Source of the DNA: Octopus vulgaris
Taxonomy: Eukaryota
DNA length: 64,000 nucleotides
Assembly: GCA_951406725.2 (NCBI GenBank)
Contig: OX597823.1
Span: 9,362,001-9,426,000, forward strand
Reading direction: 5' to 3'
Under the pieces are notes generated by a model that saw only the letters and a list, made by a program, of their open reading frames with translations, searched no databases and was not told the origin of the DNA. Each line of letters opens with the position of its first letter. Position 1 is the first letter of the stretch. A program made the translations under genes and the position numbers. Shown here piece by piece: positions 24,227-38,467 of this stretch.

Positions 24227-25063
24227 TACGCAGATACATATGTGCATTGCAAACAGAAATACACGTGCTAAAAGTGATGAATCTTGGACATTAGTGAATG
24301 TCCTTTCCTTAATTTCCGCCATCCTATTCCCCTTCCTTTATCGAATGCCTCCCTTCCTGTAATATTTCTCTTCCTTCCTCTCTTCTTTCCTTCTTTTCCC
24401 CTTAGTCCTATCTCTCCAAATCATTTCTCTTTTCCTTTCCTCTTTATGTTTCTTCCTCTTGTCTCTTGTCTCCCTGCTCCCTCATTCCTTCAGTGTTCAG
24501 CTTTGTTATAACCACAAAGGGTTCTGATGAAAGTAGCATTAATTTTTTAGGTCATTAAAGTTTTCTTAGCTGATCAATAGAGCAATTGAATAAAACTATC
24601 AGTTACGAACCAATAATGAATACCGTAAACAGCTATAAGGCAAATTTACTACTATAAAGGAAAAATATGTAATGACCATCATTTGTGCCTTGTTTCAGGC
24701 GTGCAGGCCTGATCTGCTATCGGAGAAGCCACGGGAATCGACTCCTTATAAATAATACAGATATTGTTGACAACAGAACATGTGCAACCTGTGGGATGAT
24801 GTGCCATTCACTTAGTGGGTAAAAAAGACATGTCAAAGACTTGATGATGTGGCTTCGATTCCTTCTGCCAGCCAGCACAATTGTGCATTATCTAATAAAA
24901 TGCGCAGATCTTTGGCAGGGATCAAGTGATGTATAACGGACTCACATTACATTGTCAATGTCTCGTTTCCATGATTCTTTCTAGAAATGGCATTGCTCGT
25001 ATTCGAGAAAGCAGTCACTACGTTTGTATGTATGTATTGGTTTGTTAATCGGTTATGTATCTA

Positions 25064-25633
25064 TTGGGTTGTCCGGAAAGTTCGTGATGATTTTTAAAGG
25101 AAAGCAAAAGGTCAATAAATACTTGCCATTACATTTTTAATCAACCAAATATGAACCATTTTGTTACACAATGCGTCTCCAACTTTCCTTTAACTTGAAA
25201 ATACCCTCTTCCCAGAACTGAGGTGGTTTCATGACAAAGAATTCATCAAGGTATCTTTTTATGTCATCCAAGGAATTGAAATTTTTACCATTAAGACTAT
25301 TCTACAGAGACCTGAATAAGTGGAAATCCGAAGGAGCAATATCTGTTGAATATAGAGGGTGGGGTAACACATCCCAGCCGAGTTGCAGTATTTTTTATCT
25401 GATTCTCAAATCATCAACCGCCGAAAATGAACTTTCTTATCTTCCATTTTAAAGGGTTATAAAATTAACACAGGTTATAGGACATAAACATAAACCTTCT
25501 TCCACGAAAAGATAGCTTAGACTGTGCTCTAAATGGAGATATAGTCAAATCCCATTTTATAACTCAACCATGTTCTAAAATAAGTCGAAATGTAAGCTAC
25601 AATAAATCGACATGAACTTTCCGGACGACCGAA
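25064..25633 (-). mobile_element. Internally deleted mariner element
   Basis: TIRs TTGGGTTGTCCGGAAAGTTCGTG / CATGAACTTTCCGGACGACCGAA with TA TSD. Minus strand encodes HPLYSTDIAPSDFHLFRSL...FWEEGIFKL..SWRRIV*QNGSY (mariner C-terminus). Confidence 0.9.
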
Positions 25634-25687
25634 TAGTTAGTTAATTAGTTAGTAGTATGTAAACCTACACGGTTACATAACCATTTA

Positions 25688-25921
25688 AGGGTGGTGAGCT
25701 GGCAGAATCGTTAGCACGCCGGGCTAAATGCGTAGCCGTATTTCGTCTGCCGTTACGTTCTGAGTTCAAATCTCGCCGAGGTCGACTTTGCCTTTCATCC
25801 TTTCGGAGTCGATAATTTAAGTACCAGTTATGCATTGGAGTCGATATAATCGACTTAATCAGTTTGTCTGTACTTGTTTGTCCTCTCTGTGTTTAGCCCC
25901 TTGTGGGTAGTAAAGAATTAG
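25688..25921 (+). mobile_element. SINE family B with TSD
   Basis: TSD GGTTACATAACCATT. Confidence 0.9.
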
Positions 25922-26279
25922 GTTACATAACCATTCAAATATTGTATAGAACTAAATGTGTACTGAGCATAATTGCTGAAGTCTAGCTTTCTACTTCGTT
26001 TTCATTCTGAGTTTCATTGACTATTGTTTTAGCAATGATCGAAAGAAACGATGTACTGGATCTACTAACTCTTTAAAGCATAATTCAGATCTTCTGTAAT
26101 AGTCTATATAGGATTTTGGCTTTTGGACGATAACGTTTTCTCTAGCCTGTTTATTGTTTACTCATACACTCATTAAATACGCACACACCCAGTCATACAT
26201 GCACACATACAAACACGCACAGACGTCCGTTTAGATCTGTGTATTCGTATATTCATGCAAGAATACATTTATACATAAT

Positions 26280-26491
26280 TACATATATGTGTGTGTGTGA
26301 GTATGTGTATGTGTGTGTCTGTGTGCCTATAAATGTATGTATGTATGTATATGTATATGTATATACACACATCCATATACATATTGCATAGATATGTATG
26401 TATCTATACATATCCATACATTTACATACACACACGTACATTTTTATATATATATATACATATATATTATATATACTTATATATGTGTATG

Positions 26492-26527
<36 letters not shown>

Positions 26528-26632
26528 AACATACATATATGTATATACACACATCCGTATACATATTGCATAGATATGTATGTATCTATACATATACTTA
26601 CATTTATATACACACATACATTTATATATATA

Positions 26633-26708
<76 letters not shown>

Positions 26709-26710
26709 AA
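26280..26710. repeat. Compound AT/AC/ATGT microsatellite with an internal ~182-bp-period duplication
   Basis: CACACATCC(A/G)TATACATATTGCATAGATATGTATGTATC at 26366 and 26548. Confidence 0.85.
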
Positions 26711-27344
26711 CATGCATGAGTACTTATATACATACATATATGTATATTCAAGCAAATTGTACATGCCCATTCATGTGTATGAAATACCAAATAATATCTA
26801 TTTCACGTTAAAGGATATCTCTACTGACATCTGCGTTGGTAACTCTCATCTCTTAGTAATTCCAGGAATGATATTTCAGATTGTTTTTTTCTTTTCTTTT
26901 ACCTCCGAACACGGATCCCTATCGCTTTGAGATTCTACAACAGAATAACCAAGTTTATTTCGGGTCTTAAACGAAATTCTAAGCCTTTCACAAACATCAA
27001 GTTCATGTGTTGATTCCATACTTTTAACACTAAACCGTAAAAACAGAACGTATCGCTGTTTTCCTTCCATTCTTACTATCTGCTTTTATTTAATTTTTCT
27101 TTCTTAATATTTCGTTATTTCGTCATTGTTTTATTTTTACTCACTTCGTAATCTACATTTCTTTCCACCCCTAATAATCTTTTTTCTTTAGATGTTGCTC
27201 CCATTAATAGTGATTTTCTTCGTTTTTCTTTTTACTGATTCTCAATATCCCTTTTTCCATTTTCTTTCTTTTAGTAGTTTTTGATCCTCTTCTTTCTCCT
27301 TCTTCTCTTCCTTCTCCTCCTCCTCCATCTCCACCGCCTCTCCA

Positions 27345-27495
27345 TCTCTTCTTCTTGTTGTTTTTCTTGTTCTTAATCTTCTTGTTCTTGTTCTTCTTGT
27401 TCTTGTTGTTCTTCTTCTTCTTGCTGTTGTTTTTGTTGTTGTTGTTGTTGTTGTTGTTCTTCTTCTTCTTCTTCTTCTTCTTCTTCTTCCTTTTC
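27345..27495. repeat. (TTC)/(TTG) compound trinucleotide repeat
   Basis: Direct observation. Confidence 0.9.
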
Positions 27496-28730
27496 TTCTC
27501 CGTCCCCCACTGATTAATCGCTGCTGTTTCTGTAATTTTTATGTATTTCTCTTTCCTTTCTTTCTTATTTTTGTTTCCTTTACTTTCAGTCGAACATCTT
27601 TTTTCACTCTTCATTCACCTCTATTTCATTCCCTCTTCCATCTCAAGATCTTCTTCACCCTAAACTCTTCTCCCACCATTCAATACACCTACAGTAAAAT
27701 ATATTTACGACGCCATTACTACTGAAGAGTAAGGAGATGGATAACTTCGGTGACAAATAATTTTTAGCATTTTTTCTCTTCACCTGTCTTTATTTTAACT
27801 CAGAACAGCAAATCACATACACCTTGATTGAATTATCTAATAACATTGTGACCCCTGTCAAAGAAATGTCCACATTAGTTCTCCTAAACCCATTTCTTAT
27901 AAAACAGAAAAAGAGAAAATGAAGGTTCAAGTGTCACACATAAGAACACAGTAACATTTGATTGAAATTCGAATTTATCAAACAAGTGATCGATAACATA
28001 AGAAACGACACTCTAGGAATCGACTGCTGAAATTAGTTGAGGAAATAAAGCGAGAAAAAAGAAATAGAAAAATTCACAAGAAGGACATAGATTTAAAATG
28101 GGAAGTCGTATGTAGATGTTATAGATAATTAGAAATATTATATTAAGGATAAATTCTTAGAGAATATTGTATCCAACGTAGACTTCTTAACTCATTTTTT
28201 TTCCATACGACCGCACTCCCCACCAATGACATACTAGATTCAAAGTACCGTCTATTTATTGCTGTGTTGGTTGTTTAGCCTGCAGGTCAACCCTAATCGT
28301 AGAAACCTATTATCAAAAGCATAATATGACCTTCTTATTATAGAATAACGTGTTAGTGTTTGTAAAAGAGCTGTCCCCTATTATCCCTCATTAACACATC
28401 CTCATTGAATGCGATAGGTTGCATTTCTATCCTGTAGGAGATCGTTCTATTACACTTATACCGCACAAAGATTTGACGAGATGTATTAGGGTTCCAAATA
28501 CCCACTTACCTATGCGCGGAGAATTCATCTTATAATTTTCAATAATGGCATTTTAATGGCAAGTCGAAAAAATATGTAGCATTTCATCTTTTGCCTAATT
28601 CTTAAACAAGTTTATGTCGATTTGGAAAGAACTATATTCTTATTTCTTAATACGCAATTAAATGACAATTTGTTAACGATCAGTGTATAGAATATAGAGT
28701 TATTTAAATGAATAGACAAATTTGATGTTA

Positions 28731-29129
28731 TCTATATATAAAAAAAGTGAGGTTGTGTGGTGTCTGTCCCCTACGATTTAGATTCCTAACTACTCTCACA
28801 ATTTGCGGTGCAGTTTAACCAAAACCGGGTATCTTATAGTCGTGATTCATATCGAGCCCTTCTGGGTATTAGCGCGCGTCTACGGTGAGTCTACGATTTA
28901 AAAAAAAAATTACCATCAATTTTTCCCATTTTAATGCATTTTTGGCATATATAAGGGAAGTAGCTCTCTACAAATTTATTATTAAATCTCAGAACGTAAA
29001 AAGCTACAGTAACACCCCTCCCCCTTTGTGGTTAGCCATATTGAGATAGCTATTATACTTTACATCTCTAAAAATGCTTATATAGTTATTTCCCTTACAA
29101 ACCCGAGCAACGCCGGGCGATACTGCTAG
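28731..29129 (+). mobile_element. Non-autonomous Helitron H1
   Basis: A|TC...CCCGAGCAACGCCGGGCGATACTGCTAG|T. Confidence 0.9.
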
Positions 29130-29426
29130 TACGCAATAAAATGACAATTTGTTAACGATCAGCGTATAGAATATAGAGTTATTTAAATGAACACACAAAT
29201 TTAATGTTATTATAAATAATATAGGACATAGGAAACTAACAGAAGCAAGCCGTCTGGGATTTGTCAGGTTCTTTATTTTCTGATTTCAAATATTGCCGGT
29301 GACACTTCTGTTTTTAATCCTTGCAAGATCTATAAAAGAACGTACCATTCAAACGTTGGTGTCTATGTAATCGACATAATTACTGATTACTGATTTTGCG
29401 CCTCAATTAGAAGCCATTATATGAAA

Positions 29427-29820
29427 CTAGCAGTATCGCCCGGCGTTGCTCGGGTTTGTAAGGGAAATAACTATATAAGCATTTTTAGAGATGTAAAGTA
29501 TAATAGCCATCTGAATATGGCTAACCACAAAGGGGGGGGGGGTTACTGTAGCTTTTTACGTTCTGAGATTTAATAAATTTTTAGAGAGTTACTTCTCTTA
29601 TATATGCCAAAAATGCATTAAAAATGGGAAAAATTATGGTAAACTATTTTTTAAATCGTCGACTCATCGTAGACGCGCGCTAATACCCAGAAGGGCTCGA
29701 TATGAATCACGACTATAAGATACCCAGTTTTGGTTAAACTGCACCGCAAAATGTGGGAGTAGTTAGGAATCTAAATCGTAGGAGACAGACAGCACACAAC
29801 CTCTCTTTTATATATAAAGA
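29427..29820 (-). mobile_element. Non-autonomous Helitron H1
   Basis: Reverse complement of 28731-29129 with intact ends. Confidence 0.9.
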
Positions 29821-30145
29821 TGAACTGTAATTCTTCCCCATCCCGACACTCCACATATTTCTCTCACTCTGTCTCTCTCTCCCTTTACCTTGCATTCTCT
29901 CCTCAAAGTTTTACACGCCGTGTGTGTAGTAGACGTTATATATCTTAGTAGAGGTTATATATCTTTCCGTTTTAAAGCATAATTTAATCATGACCCCTCA
30001 AATGAAATTGTTGTTTCTACGTACCCTCACTGCATCTCCTTTCCCTTTTTACATACATATACGGACACAAATACACGCGCACACACATACACACACACGC
30101 ATGCATATATATATATATATATAAATATGCATATGTATATGTATA

Positions 30146-30198
<53 letters not shown>

Positions 30199-30230
30199 AA
30201 ATGTATATATATGTATATGTATATGTATAC

Positions 30231-30271
<41 letters not shown>

Positions 30272-31307
30272 GAGAGAGAGAGAGATAGATTATGAGTAGT
30301 TTATTAAGAATTTAACAGTCAAAAGGCCAATTTATTGACGTCACTAAAGTGACAGAGGGTTCCCTGTGGTACCGGCATTGCTCTGAATTAGAGTCAAAAC
30401 GATTCATTCGCCACAAGAGCACGATAAAGTCTTTGTGGTCGCAGATATTCTCATATCACTAGGGATTTCGAATTTTGATGCAGAGTATCTTAATTCTCAG
30501 CAGTGGCTTTTGCTGCGCCTAGGGTTAAGTTGAACTCACTTCCTGAAGTTATAAGTAAAACCTTTGAAACATGTGCAGATTCCAAAAACGGTAGAAGTGA
30601 AAATTATAAATAATATGGGTGGCTTATAACCAATTTAAACTGTTTCTGCCATAAGATGCAACGAATTAGAGCCGCGCTCCTGTTACTATTCTATTTACTG
30701 TCGTAATATGCCCTATACGCATCTACCATTACCACCACGATCACTACTACTACTACGACCAACGGTCGCTGCTACTACTGCTATTACGGCCAACATTCAT
30801 TTTCACAATTACAGCCAACGAATCTAGTCAACACACATTTTCCCCTTGGATAGGTGTAATTCTGTTGAACGGTAATTAGTTTTCAGCGTATGTTGTGACG
30901 GGAAACTCAGGTGTGTATGTTTAGGTGTGTGAGCTTGAGGTCATAGGATAGGTGTCAGAGGTTCACAAAAGAATGTATGTAAGTAGGAGTTATTTTGGTT
31001 CTGGAATGTGCGGCTAGTTTGAATTATTGATAGTTTTATTGGATTTAGACCTTTCATTTGGGAAATTAAATATCAAAGTTCAAAGTTTGTTGCCATTCAA
31101 TGGAACTGCGCCTATCCGACGAAGTGGTTTTATCTCAAAAGAGAGCAAATGAAACCAATCACTGTCCGGTTATGGTTTAGCAGGCCGAAGGTTCGAAGTC
31201 GCTGTCAGTTGTATTCTTAGTAAAGAATAACTTTGTTTTTTACGGACGTATGGAGTAATCTTTCAGATTAATGTTTATATTATAACTGAACATAAAAACA
31301 CACATCA

Positions 31308-31395
<88 letters not shown>

Positions 31396-31535
31396 ACAAT
31401 GGTTATTGACAATTTTTGTCTTTTTTTCGGCATATTAGAATTTTTCTTTCGCCCTAATTTAAAGGTATTTTTTGATATGCTGGCCATTGATAAAATTTTT
31501 TTTCCCGAAAAAAGTTTGATCCTACATTAGTTATG

Positions 31536-31595
<60 letters not shown>

Positions 31596-31885
31596 CGTGT
31601 GTGTGTGTGTGTGTGTGTCTGTATGTGTGTGTGCGTGTATGTGTGTGTGTGATGTGTATGTATATATATGTTGAACACAGTATCGAAATCTTATTTCACA
31701 GTAAGTTCCATATCATGTATCCACGGAGCAGGTTCACCACTTGGCTTTATATACCTGGTATTATTGCATCGTTCCACGCCCACAAGGGAGCAGGTATTTC
31801 GAACATGAAACAAGTGTTGTGGTAATATAAAATTTTTTGTTGGTACATTCCGTCTTCTCTTTTATCTCCGATACTTGTATATATA

Positions 31886-31918
<33 letters not shown>

Positions 31919-31974
31919 ATGGTGCCCCAGCATGGCTGCAGTCAAATGCATGAAACAGGTAAAAGAATATATTT

Positions 31975-32108
<134 letters not shown>

Positions 32109-32579
32109 GAGTTCAAAGCGTTGCTTTTTCAGAAAGTGGAAAGTAGTTTCGCCATTCCATGACAAAATCGTTGTACTACACTTTGCCAATTTTTTATATC
32201 TTGACATCTGAAGCAGCTGGAGATATGATAGCTTGACCAGAAGAACCGGCTATTGGAAGCAAAAATAAAAATTGAAAAAAATAAAAAAAACGCATTTGGC
32301 CAAATTTGGACATACAAGTTAAACATAATACCAACGATGTGTATAAGTAACTATGTGTGTGTGTGTGTATGTGTTTTGACCAACTGCATTATAAGCAAAT
32401 GTCTAAAGGTTTCGTGCAGTAGGTTAAACACTGACGGACATAACAGTCATATCGTCATATCCATTATTACGGTTCGCCAACCCAAAGCCAGGCGTTGTTG
32501 AGGCTTTACAAAATATAATGTGTTAACTGAGATCCACGTCGAACACGAACAAATATGCATGTATGCACGTGTCTGTGTG

Positions 32580-32640
<61 letters not shown>

Positions 32641-32719
32641 GAACATACATTCACATATTCACATACACTCGCGGACACACACACATACATGTACACACAT
32701 ACACGCATACAGGTATATA

Positions 32720-32753
<34 letters not shown>

Positions 32754-33317
32754 CATGCATACATAAGCACAAACCTCTTTACACATGTAAATAATTATAC
32801 GTACACATAAATATAATCATATACAAATATACGCCCGTATGACTACACAAGATTTCGAAAACGTTGATAAGATGTCCTATGGCATACATCTGAACTCAAT
32901 TTATTTCATGCTCAATAATTCGTTGCCTATCCTCCTTTTCCGAGAACTAAGGCATAACAGAAATGTATTGTTTGAGTAAATAATTAGCTATAAATTGTTA
33001 CATCTTGATGTTAAATATCTTTCTTATATCGCTTTTGTTCCTATGTAATTTTAATTTGAAATCAGGGTTTTTTATTAAATTATCTGACATACATATTCTT
33101 TTCTCATACTCTGCCCCATGGTGACCGACATTTTCTTTTTTATTTTTGCATCTTTACATTGTCTTTTAAGTTTCTATGGTTACGCCTAAAGATGTACAGC
33201 TAATGCTTTGTTCATGTACGTTCAAAGATAGAAAAATATGTACACATTTTTATTCATAAACGCAGACTAACTTCGCAACAGCTATCAACGCCCCCCCCCC
33301 CCACACACACACATAAC

Positions 33318-33529
33318 CTTTTCTACTCCAGGAAAATGCTCGAAATTTTTGAGGAGGGGACAAGTCGATTAGATCGACCACAGTACGCAACTGGTACTTA
33401 ATTTATCGACCCCTAAAGGACGAAAGGCAAAGTCGACCTCGGTGGAATTTGAACTCAGAACGTAACGTCAGAAGAAATACCGCTGAGCATTTCGCCCGGC
33501 GAGCTAAAGTTTCTGCCAGTTTGCCGCCT
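33318..33529 (-). mobile_element. SINE family B, alternative-tail subfamily
   Basis: Family-B head and body with a different 3' tail (plus-strand CTTTTCTACTCCAGG...GAAATTTTTGAGGAGGGG). Confidence 0.8.
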
Positions 33530-33537
33530 TCGTGTCC

Positions 33538-33621
<84 letters not shown>

Positions 33622-33628
<7 letters not shown>

Positions 33629-33786
33629 TACGACAGGCTTCTTTCAGTTTCCGTCTACCAAATCCACTCACAAGGCATTGGTCGACCCGGGGCTATAGCA
33701 GAAGACATTTGCCCAAGATGCCACGCAGTGGGACTGAACCCGGAACCATGTGGTTGGTTAGCAAGCTACTTACCACGCGGCCACTC
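33622..33786 (-). mobile_element. SINE family A, 5' half, ending at an expanded (AT)n
   Basis: CGACAGGCTTCTTTCAG...CTACTTACCACGCGGCCACTC. Confidence 0.85.
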
Positions 33787-33861
33787 ATATATATATATAT
33801 ATATATATATAGGCAGATATGTATGTACCTATATGCAAGCACACGCGAGCACGGACGTATG

Positions 33862-33915
<54 letters not shown>

Positions 33916-34507
33916 GATACATATGTAGGAAGAGACTTAAGAGAGATGTATTTAAATACAGGCACATACATATACATACTCGCTTATACATATAAATATA
34001 CGTATAAATACATACACACACATTTATACAAGCATTTATGCATATATTTATGCATATGTGTATATATGAACACTCACATATATATGCATACATTCAAATA
34101 CACATGCATACACACACACTACACACACACGCACGCGCACACACACATGTATATAATTATATGTATAAAACAAATGAAGTTGAAAACACACGGAGTTTAT
34201 ATGAAGATTCATTTCAATTTTAAAATAAATACACTTAACCGGTTTCACGATTATAGCATTTTCAAAATATAAGTTATGAGGAACACAGACTGGTGTTGCA
34301 AACGATCTATTTACGTTTTCTACATTACTCATGTAAAAGACAAATTCAAAGAGATAGCTACATCAATGCAGATACAGCGCTTTGTAGAATTGATTTTCTC
34401 TTCAATATATACTACTGACTTTTTGGACTGGACAAAAAAATTAAATAATCGTTTATCAATATTATAGAGATCGATGCATTTATAATTAAATGCTTTCTAA
34501 GTATTCA

Positions 34508-35121
34508 TTTGTACTCTAGGCACAAAGCACGAAATTTGGGGGGAGAGGGTCAGTCGAGTAGATCAACCACAGTGCGCAACTGGTACTCGATTTATCGACC
34601 CCGAAAAGATGAAAGGCAAAGTCGACTTCGGCAGAATTTGAACTCCGAACGTAGCAGCAGACGAAAAACAGCTAAGCATTTCGTCCGGTGTGCTAACGTT
34701 TCTTATTTCTTTATTGCCCACAAGTGGCTAAACATAGAGGGGACAAACATGATCAAACAGAGGAATTAAGTCAATTACATCGACCCCAGTGCGTAACTGG
34801 TACTTAATTTATCTACCCCGAAAGGATGAAAGTCAAAGTCGAACTCGATGGAACTTGAAATCAGCACGTAACGGCAGACGATATTCCAATTTTTTTTTAC
34901 TACCCACAAGGGCCTAAACATAGAGAAGACAAAGAAGGACAGACAAATGGATTAATTCAATTATATCGACCCCAGTGCGTAACTGGTACTTATTTAATCA
35001 ACCCCGAAATGATGAAAAACTAAGTCGACCTCGGCGGAATTTGAACTCAGAACGTAGCGGTAAACGAAATACCGCTGAGCATTTTGCCCGGCTCGCTAAC
35101 GTTTCTGCCAGCTCGCTGCCT
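34508..35121 (-). mobile_element. SINE family B composite concatemer (mixed tails)
   Basis: Three bodies. Imperfect TSD AATGCTTTCTAAGTATT / AATGCTTCCTAAATATT. Confidence 0.85.
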
Positions 35122-35229
35122 TAATGCTTCCTAAATATTGCTTTACAAACCGGTATTGGTGTACTTCAATTCGTCATGGTTACATTGCGTTGCGATGTAT
35201 ATATGATCACATGCTATATGATGGTAGGA

Positions 35230-35462
35230 AGGCGGTGAGCTGGCTGAAACGTTGGCACGCCGGGCGAAATGCTTAGCGGTATTTCGTCTGCCGTTACGTT
35301 GTGGGTTCAAATTCCGCCGAGGTCGACTTTGCCTTTCATCCTTTCAGGGTCGATAAATTAAGTACAAGTTACGCACTGGGGTCGATGTAATCGACTTAAA
35401 CCCTCTGTCTGTCCCTGTTTGTCCCCTCTGTGTTTAGCCCCTTGTGGGTAATAAAGAAATAG
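35230..35462 (+). mobile_element. SINE family B with TSD
   Basis: TSD GGTAGGAAG. Confidence 0.9.
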
Positions 35463-35547
35463 GTAGGAAGCATTTTATCAGCGTATTAGAAAACTGAAGA
35501 TATGCACAGTCGCTGATCTCCTACAGAGAAAATATCTCTACTTCGCA

Positions 35548-36028
35548 GATGACCACCCTTGCGAATCGCTATACGGACGCGATGTGTGTGTCGATATTCA
35601 GCTGGAAAAGATTGTTTTCCTGGGCTAAAAAAGCAGTAACATCGTCCTTCATAGGACTGCCATATTCTGACAGCATATAAACATTACTATTCGGTACTGC
35701 TATTGTATATATCTCACTCAGAGATATAAAACAAATTGCTTTTCTGTGTATCGATTATAGAATATACAACATTTGTGAGGGGAGAGGGCTTTCGTCGCTA
35801 GCTTGTGATTATCTCACACTGAGGACGGGTAGCCACCCAGAACCGTAAGTTCTGTGGGTATCACTAAGGCTAGAGATAGGAACGATGTCCTCCCTTGCAA
35901 ATTGCTATACGGACACGAAATATGTGTCGATAGACAGCTGGAAAAGATGTTTTACTGGTGCTAAAACAACTGAACCATCGTCCTTTATAGGACTGCCACA
36001 TTCTGTTGGCATATAAACATTACTATAC
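35548..36028. repeat. 336-bp-period tandem repeat (~1.4 units), distant relative of the 13328 unit
   Basis: GATG.CC.CCCTTGC.AAT.GCTATACGGAC...CAGCTGGAAAAGAT...CATATAAACATTACTAT at 35548 and 35884. Confidence 0.8.
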
Positions 36029-37778
36029 ACACACACACAACACACACACACACACACACACACAACACACACACACACACACACAACACACACACACACA
36101 CACACAACACACACACACACACACACACATATTATATATATATATGTGGGATGGGGTGTATGTATGTATATATGTGTGAGTATATATGTGTATAAATATG
36201 CAACTTATTTATCGTATACATACCTGAAATATATGTTTTGAATTATGCGTATTTACTGTCACACATAAGCACACATAAGCCACACATCAACATCTAATCC
36301 TCTCCATTAATCATCTCTTGCTTCTATTTCTTTTCTAATCCATCAAATTCTTGTGCTCGCAATCTCACCCGAAAATACCTTTTACTCTGCTTCACACTCA
36401 CCGCTCTATATCTTTGTAAGACCCCCTACCCATTCATATCTTTATGACTTTTTTTTTTAACAAGTTATCAACACATTTCCATTTGCTTCAAGATACGCTC
36501 TGCTCTCATATCTCTGAACCAGTTTATACAGAAGCACACCACTCTTTTTCTTTCAGTCTCTTTTCCTACAATCTTCTACTCTCTCATATCGCTCTATCAT
36601 TCTCTACTCATCACCTTCATATCTTTTTATTCTCTTTCAGTTTATCACGTGCATCTCTCTGTATATAAGCTACTTTACCCGCTACCGTGTATATATACAT
36701 TTGATTAACGTTAGTTAATCAAATGTAGCCTTACATACACCTCTAAATGTCTGTCTTTTAATGCTAAGTACAAGATCTGTTGGATTATCTGTTTAACATT
36801 CTCTTTAACTTTAAACTTTATGTCAGTAATTTCCTAAGTCTGATAGATAAATATTTCCACATTAAAAAAAAGCTGTTGTAAACACTTGCACTGTAATGTT
36901 CTAAAAGTATGTTACCCTTGTGACATAAATAAGCCACCTAAATGAACGCAGAAACTCAAACACATTCCTTATTCGGCCGATAACGCAATGCAGGGATATT
37001 AACTAAAGTAGAAATCAACTTCATTAAATTTAACCGCAGCATTGAGCATAAAACCGACATTGTTATGATACTGTGTCAACAAAATGTGTCACCATAATTA
37101 GTAATATTTCAACCACTGAAATCAATGAACAACAAAATTATAACATTACCTCTAATACTTAAATGATAATGATATTGACGCAGGTAGCAAGTTGAAGATA
37201 CCAAGAAAAGACTTGGCTACACATTTATGGGTCTAAAAAGTAGAATAGTTATAGATTTTATAAAAGATGGTTTTGGGGATGTACATGATAAATTCTAGTT
37301 ATAATTTATACATACCATTTTAATGTTTACGAAGCATGGTCAGATTAACATTAAACATTCATAAGCAAGTTTTTATTTGTCTATTGTACGATGTACATAC
37401 ACCACAATATCCAGACCATTCTATCAGTGTGAGAGTTCCACCTAGAACTTTCACCACTTTCTCAGCCAGTCTTATAAATGATCTCAGCAAGAGATTATAA
37501 GTAGAGTAAAAAAAAACTCAGATGATAATTTTTTTTCTAAGTAAATAATTTGGCATAAAACAAAGAAAATGACACAGCACAGTGAAGGAGACTAAACAGA
37601 ATTGTACATTGTGTAGCTCATTCAATCTACTGACATGATAGAATATTATTCGTAGTTTGTGCAAAATGATAAATACTCGGTATGCCGTTTGGGCGTTTGC
37701 TGGTCTTAAATCGTCCAATTGGTGACTGCTGCTAGTTCATGCATTGCTCTTTCTAATATACGGACACACACACATACA

Positions 37779-37830
<52 letters not shown>

Positions 37831-37935
37831 CACACGCACACACACGCGCACACAAGCCCAGATAAATACATATTACAGTAAAATCGTGATTAATAATTCC
37901 ATTTCTGATTATATAAACTTATTTGCTTACGTACA

Positions 37936-38011
<76 letters not shown>

Positions 38012-38131
38012 GATATATAGATAGATAGATAGACAGAAAGATAGATAGATACATAGACTGATAGATAAATAGATAGATAAATACACACACACATATATAT
38101 ACTCACACACATTTGTGAACATGCATGTATG

Positions 38132-38168
<37 letters not shown>

Positions 38169-38232
38169 GGAGCGAGGGAGAAAGAGACATGTGTGTGTAT
38201 GGGTGCGCGCGCGCGTGAATATACAGTTTAAT

Positions 38233-38467
38233 ACCTATTTCTTTACTACCCACAAGGGCCTAAACACAGAGAGGACAAACAAGGACAGACAAACGGATGA
38301 AGTCGATTATATCGACCCCAGTTCGTAACTGGTACTTATTTAATCGATCCCGAAAGGATGAAAGGCAAAGTAGGCCTCGGTGGAATTTGAACTCAGAACG
38401 TAACGGCAGGCGAAATACCGCAAAGCATTTCGTCCGGCGTGCTAACGTTTCTGCCAGCTCGCCGCCT
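38233..38467 (-). mobile_element. SINE family B with TSD
   Basis: TSD ATACAGTTTAATACC. Confidence 0.9.

Noticed and set aside
27204-27614. Lys/Asn-rich 136-aa ORF
   Set aside because: Derived from a (TTC)/(TTG) microsatellite.
35548-36028. Protein-coding interpretation of the 336-bp repeat (period divisible by 3)
   Set aside because: The best minus frame has three stops per unit, one shared by both copies, and no recognisable domain.
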